Shown piece by piece: positions 58,351 to 64,000 of a stretch of DNA of 64,000 nt; the stretch's first letter is position 1; each line of letters begins with the position of its first letter. Source of the DNA: Balanoglossus misakiensis. Taxonomy: Eukaryota > Animalia > Hemichordata. The notes under the pieces are model-generated. The model made no database searches and had not been told where the DNA came from. It saw only the letters and a program-made list of their open reading frames with translations. The DNA lies in the NCBI GenBank assembly GCA_040954595.2, contig CM082592.2, forward strand, positions 4,418,735 to 4,482,734, given 5' to 3'. A program made the position numbers and the translations under genes.

Positions 58351-59196
58351 TTTTAACTTGGGCAACAATAAGTAAATCTTTGCATAATTGAGATGCTGTG
58401 AGAAATCCGCATGGTCATTGTGGGTGTCAAAAACAAGTCAAGTTAAATATGTTAACAAATCTATCTAACCGACTCAGACCTTCCTTCTGTCCAGTAGAGG
58501 CTGAAGGGAATTGATGCTTGATAAAACGGTGTAACAGGCGCCCTCTATTGGGTGATTCTTTGGGTGTTCCCTTGAAAAGTCGGTGTGGTTTTGTCTTACT
58601 ACTATAACCCAATTGCCAATCTTTACCTATATACAAATCGGCCAACTTTCAAATTTCTGAGAACCAACTGTAAAAGTCACGCTAAACTCTTCCATATAAC
58701 CCTGGCAGTGAAATCCCAGAGGGTGATTTCAAAAACGTGTTTTGACTATAAAGATCAGTTTGCACCACGAACCAGTTTCATGTACTAGGTGCTAATGTGA
58801 ACTAGATATACTGTAAAAGTAACGTTCAGTGCCAAGCTGAGTATGTGTATGATTAAGCTTGCCGGCCTGAAATGATCGTGCAAGGCCATGGATTTTGCCG
58901 ACATTTCTTCGGCATTTCTTCACCAACGGTTTCTGTATTTAGTCTAATTGGACAAAACACTTCGTGACGCTTATCTCAAATTTAAGTGCTGTGGTAATAT
59001 ATTGAATGTCTTGTGGCTTTCTTTAATGCAAAACTTCATGAAAAATACAAAGAATATGATTTCTTACAATTCTCAATGTAATCTTATGGGAGGAGATAAC
59101 TTTGTGAGCTTGTCTTTTGGGAATAGGTGTGTCTGTTTTTGTTTGCTTTCTGCAGTTTTGTTAAATTTGCGTACTGACGTCGACTGCAATGCGCTA

Positions 59197-59290
59197 TGAG
59201 AGAGAGAGAGAGAGAGACCGACAGACAGACAGAGACAGAGAGATACAGAGACAGGGAGAAACAGAGACAGAGAGTTAGGGGAGAGAGAAG
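59197..59290. repeat. Compound (GA)n/(GACA)n microsatellite
   Basis: gagagagag...acagacagacagagacagag... Confidence 0.9.
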
Positions 59291-59565
59291 CTTTAGAAGT
59301 CATGGAAACGATATTCTTTTATTTTCCTTCTTCGTGCATGTTCTACTCTGTTGGCAACCTTGTCCCTGCAACGCCACCGTGGTAAACACTGCTTGGTGTG
59401 AATTATTCTTGGCCGTATATACTCCTGTATTCTCTTCTTCCATCACAGAGACGAGCTGAAAGCAGTTTTTAGGTGTTATGATGAGCAGATGGTTTAGATG
59501 TATAAGCAAGAACAGCATAATGTCGTAATATGCCGTCACCTTCGCCTATATCTGATCCCCGCTTT

Positions 59566-59579
59566 GTTGCTATAGTTAC
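59566..59579. promoter_or_regulatory. RFX X-box upstream of the GPCR
   Basis: GTTGCTATAGTTAC, a near-palindromic X-box-like motif ~270 bp 5' of the ATG in CpG-rich sequence. Confidence 0.45.
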
Positions 59580-59850
59580 GCGCGGCTGCCTCCTGATAGC
59601 CTCCATTCTCAGCTGATCGTTCAGCTGCACGGCATGCGTGCGCTCAGGCCGGCGTGAGCTCATATGTCTGCGGAAGGTGTCTTCATGTGGCGCGATCAGC
59701 ACTCTTTCGAAAGTAACGTTGTGTACCTCAATGTAGAGGTTTCGCTTTCTATGCGGGTAAGGACTACGCTGCTGCAAGTACAGTACGGCTGGTGTAGTGT
59801 TTGACTGTCAAATACCGTCCATACACCGAGGACCAGATTTATCCACCGCG

Positions 59851-60199
59851 ATGTGCCTTTCATGTTCGACGGCGTGGATGAACACAACGCGCGAGGACGC
59901 GTGGAACTGGACGTCCGCTGGTACTACAAATGCTACAACCGTGAATATCGACAGGATCGGCGGCGCGCTGAGAACCACCCAGACGATTTTCCTTTCGTTT
60001 CTCCTCCTCTCCTCGCTGTTTCTGAACTGCTTCGATCTGATCATGCTACTTCGGTCTCGCAGACGCAAAACTCCCATATACCTCATGCAGACGAACCTGG
60101 TTCTGGCCGACTCCTTGGTTACATTGATCATAATGCCAAGTAACTTGTATTACCTTGTCGTCAACGACGATGTCATGCCCGTTTACTGCGAGTTCAGCG
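59851..60199 (+). CDS. First coding exon of a rhodopsin-family (class A) GPCR; no downstream exons identified within the window
   Basis: N-terminus with three N-glycosylation sequons (NTT, NWT, NAT); TM1 containing the conserved Asn (SLFLN); basic ICL1 (RSRRRKTP); TM2 NLVLAD...P; conserved Cys at the start of TM3 (YCEFS); donor G|GTGAGT. The start could also be the ATG at 59878. Confidence 0.88.
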
Positions 60200-61397
60200 G
60201 TGAGTGTTCGCTTCAGAGTATCTCTTACCTTTAAGCCATTTGATATATCTATTGCCTACCTCTTTTCTACCATAAGTTCATATCGCCATATTTTCAAGCA
60301 CGGTACGCAAAAGTCTTTATTGATATTTGACGTCAATTCTGAGCTCACATAAACCGCACTGGATTCGATTCGCCACTGGGTTGATTTAACTTTTAATACA
60401 CGTAAGCTCTACGTTACAGATAACAGGCTACTGAAAATGTAGTTCAAGCAAAAACTCCTATTAGACTAATGCGGCAAATCAATCGTGTCTCTTTGCATGA
60501 TTTAACTGGCACTGTAAACAATAATTAAATGTACCATGTCTTTAATTGCCTCAGCCAATGAAGTTTTAATTGACATGGCGAACAAATTATCGTTCCAGGT
60601 TTTCTTTAGTAGTAATCTGTTATAACATGTACTTGTCACAAATGTGGTTCTCATAACCTTCAAGGCCATTGGAAGGTCAGTGCTGAAAATCTAACATTCG
60701 AGCAAAGTTTCAACATCTATGCGACCAGAAAAGTTAAATAGGTCATGATTAGACTAGTTGATTTTCAGCTTGATGGTCATAAACTTAAAACAATATCGTC
60801 TATTTACACAAATATACAGTTTAGTAATAGACTACCACAGACACCGTTTAATGCATTACTTTGATTCATTGTCGAATCACTCATACTAGACGAGCTTGAT
60901 GAAAGATTAAATAATGGACGCATTTGGTTGACGCGCGCTGTCATGTGTTTGAATAAATAGTAATAACGGTCGTGATAGCCGTGCGTACTGGCAGTCAAAT
61001 TCCCAGCTGCATCCCTTTTAATTAAGCAGCCCCAGGCTATGATGTCATCTGGCTCGAATATACAGATGTACAGTGACTATCGCACGGTGACATTCACCAA
61101 ATGAATATGCAAAGAAGCGGGACGCCGATGTTGCCGTATCATCTCCCTGTATTCTTTTGATGCACGTACACGCACACCTCTCCTTCGCCACAACCCCGTA
61201 ACGAATAGCCATTTTCAACCACTCGACCAAACTGTGTAACAATTACTTCCAATTTATTTCTCATGCGTTAATGCCAATACAATTTGTGCTTGAATTTCAA
61301 TTCCCCACATTATCATAAATGCACATTACGTAATACCATAAAAGGCTTGGCTACAGATATAATCCAACCGCCTCCCTAGAGTTTGTTAAACTGAAAA

Positions 61398-61620
61398 TAT
61401 GTACGTATGTATGTATGTATGTATGTATGTATGTATGTATGTATGTATGTATGTATGTATGTATGTATGTATGTATGTATGTATGTATGTATGTATGTAT
61501 GTATGTATGTATGTATGTATGTATGTATGTATGTATGTATGTATGTATGTATGTATGTATGTATGTATGTATGTATGTATGTATGTATGTACTATGTATG
61601 TATGTATGTATGTATGTATG
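61398..61620. repeat. (TATG)n tetranucleotide microsatellite
   Basis: About 55 TATG units with two small interruptions. Confidence 0.97.
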
Positions 61621-63689
61621 AAGTTGTCATCTTTCCTGAGCTGTTCTGAATTGCCTAGGCGACAAAATAGGTGGTATAGTAGAAAGACATTCATAATAAG
61701 GCCGATTGTCCTGTCAGCATAATTTGGACAGCAGTCCGTGACTTCACCATGGAAACGGTGGCAGATTGTCTTAAAACAACACGGTTTCATTGTGATTGCT
61801 ATCGATTCTGGCACTTACTTTGAAGATATAGGGTTTGACTGTTATTATACGCAGTAAGGAGAAGAGCGAGATCCGTGCCTATCGACGGGCGAATGTCTCG
61901 GGTGACTTTAAATGATGTGACAATATGAGGTTGCAATCACCACGGGGATTGCACCTATATCTTACTCTAATGAGATACAATTTGGTAAATAAACCCCTGG
62001 TGCTAATTGTGCAAGTAAACTCCCGGTCCTAGGAGACTTTTGTGATATCGGTAATCCCGAGTTGTGTCTCTTTTAAAGACATGCAAACCCACTGTATAGG
62101 CAGAGAGCAAACGAGCGTAGTTCCACCTTGAAGAGCTGTTTAACCTGTGAAAAGCAGGCAGGCAAACATGCCACGATGATTCCAGGAATCGGTGCCTAGT
62201 TTAGTTTGCGTATTAAATTGCAAGCTGGATTCCAAGTAGGCATTTAGCGAGCGGTTTCTTATATCCGTCTTCAATCACGTCTCAAAAGTCACCGTTATAT
62301 GCCCGTTTTGCATGCAGCTCATCACTGATCATGAATTACTATTTTTATTCTGTCGTCACAATGGAATGGAATTACAATGCAACCCAAACAAATGTCTCAG
62401 TGCATTGGAAAAACCTTCACATGCAATAGAACAGCAGACCTGGAGATTTTGGCTAGATATCCCAAACAATGGGTCCATTTTTCGGAGAATACGTGGGTTG
62501 ATGTTTTGAACCTGGGTCTCACACCCCCGTGTCGATATAGTAGGAGTGATCCCCCCGGGGGTTATCCGACAGCACTGCACTGAGCATGATTATCAAACAA
62601 CCAGCGTGGATATTTCAACAAAGAGCTTTTGAAAAGTATTTTTTTCATTTTGCTTGTGAACAAGCCAATTATCTTTCCACGCTGACGTGCAGTTGACTGC
62701 AATTAAGACACAACAAAAGTTCTGTAAACCACGCATGTTCTGTAAAGTGAAAAATGCACTGTAAAACACTGCTACTATTCATTAACAACTCACCCCACCT
62801 TTTGCGGGGGGTTATTCATGAAACTACCACTTTTCAAGTTTGAAGCAAGCTTACTGATATAGAATTGGCGGTTTGAATGTTCTGGGCAAAATGCTAGCTT
62901 CGGGGGAAAAACTTGGGTCTTACAAAGACCAGTGCACGTATAAGACGACGAACAGCTGCAGATTTTAATCAATGTGATTTTTTGATATCGGGAGAATTGA
63001 AAAGGCGGACGAGAAAATGTCACAACCTTTTCGCGCGGTGTGGGTGAAGAAAAGGCCGTTGCAGTGAACGTGTGTCTCATACATCAATATTCGTGCTTTT
63101 TTACGACATTCAACACCTGGGATGAGCCGGGATTTAAGAGAGCTCTCGACATAACCGCTCTCTAAGGCGAACCCACTCTTGAAATATAATCTCCCGGGAC
63201 TAGAATACAGATAGCGTATAATCCGAGCTGAGACTCCCTGGATAGGGCGACGTCTTTATTTTGCTTCTCATCTCATAAGTCGTGTCAATCACTCAGGAAA
63301 TTGTTAACAAAGATAAAGAAGAAGAAACTCCTTGGGACAGATGCATTATACAATCACTCTTCGTGCTGTAGTCTTATAGTACACATGACGACATGCTCTA
63401 CATTTAGAGTCATTGGAGTATATTTGGCGTTCTGATACACATATATATTAGGTAATTACTAGCTTTGTTACGTTGTTCCTATATAATACATTTACCGTGT
63501 TGTAGACATTAAGCATCTCGCAGACTAAGAGTAACAAAAACTGAAACAATAAGATGTCTTGAATACCATTTATTACATGAAGCTGTCTGTTAGTGCCGCC
63601 AGTGAAGACACCGCATAGTTTTAATAAATTGGTTTCCAGACATCTTGTTTAATTTTTTACTTTAATCTTTAAGATGTTGCCGCCATTCC

Positions 63690-63790
63690 TTGAGGTAGAA
63701 TGCGCCTCGAAGATCAAAGTCATAAAGTCTTTTCCTCAAGGCAGTTTTAGATTATGCTCTCTTAAAATTGAGAGTAAGAAAATGTTTTTC
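63690..63790 (-). mobile_element. Terminal fragment of the GGTAG Kolobok-like family
   Basis: ggtagaatgcgcctcga...ctcaaggcagttttagattatgctctcttaaaattgaga is a reverse-complement homolog of the right part of 36442-36714. Confidence 0.7.
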
Positions 63791-64000
63791 GTTTGAAGTC
63801 AAGGCGGGCAAATACGAGAAAAGAAAACGAACACGATGTAAATGGAATTGAATGACTGGGAAAATAGTAGTGCACGTTTAAAACTGAAATATATAACACA
63901 CTTGGAAAGGTTATAGATCTGTCAAGTTGAAATTTATGCACTCTCTTTGGATTCAGGATATTAAGATTCCAAATCGTCTCACTCATTAAAAACCACATTC

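Noticed and set aside
61386-61814. ORFs of MYVC/HTYI repeats (also 41536-42129 and 41767-42010)
   Set aside because: These are translations of (TATG)n/(CATA)n microsatellites, which lack stop codons.

Overview
This is intron-rich, AT-rich animal genomic DNA, probably from a marine invertebrate (inferred from gene content and repeat style; the taxon cannot be fixed from sequence alone). The supplied ORF track is mostly noise or single exons, so I rebuilt genes by hand from splice sites with phase checks. Six protein-coding genes are present. (1) The 5' end of a signal-peptide protein resembling a receptor guanylyl cyclase (-, runs off the left edge). (2) A 10-exon XNDC1N homolog (+, ~622 aa) with a DEK-C-like bundle, RG repeats and two UBZ-type zinc fingers. 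(3) An uncharacterised coiled-coil gene (-, ~361 aa). (4) A DUF4807/F58A4.6-like gene (-). (5) Head-to-head with it, a complete CENPJ/SAS-4 gene (+, 18 coding exons, ~1313 aa) with one GC-AG intron, three uORFs and candidate microexons. (6) The first exon of a class A GPCR (+). Introns hold several families of non-autonomous DNA transposons, including an intact Mutator-like element with a 9-bp target-site duplication (TSD), plus micro- and minisatellites. No rRNA, tRNA, CRISPR array or transposase was found. I see no unequivocal new biological system. The best leads are the extended XNDC1 architecture, the layered post-transcriptional control of CENPJ, and RFX X-boxes that may link neighbouring uncharacterised genes to cilia.
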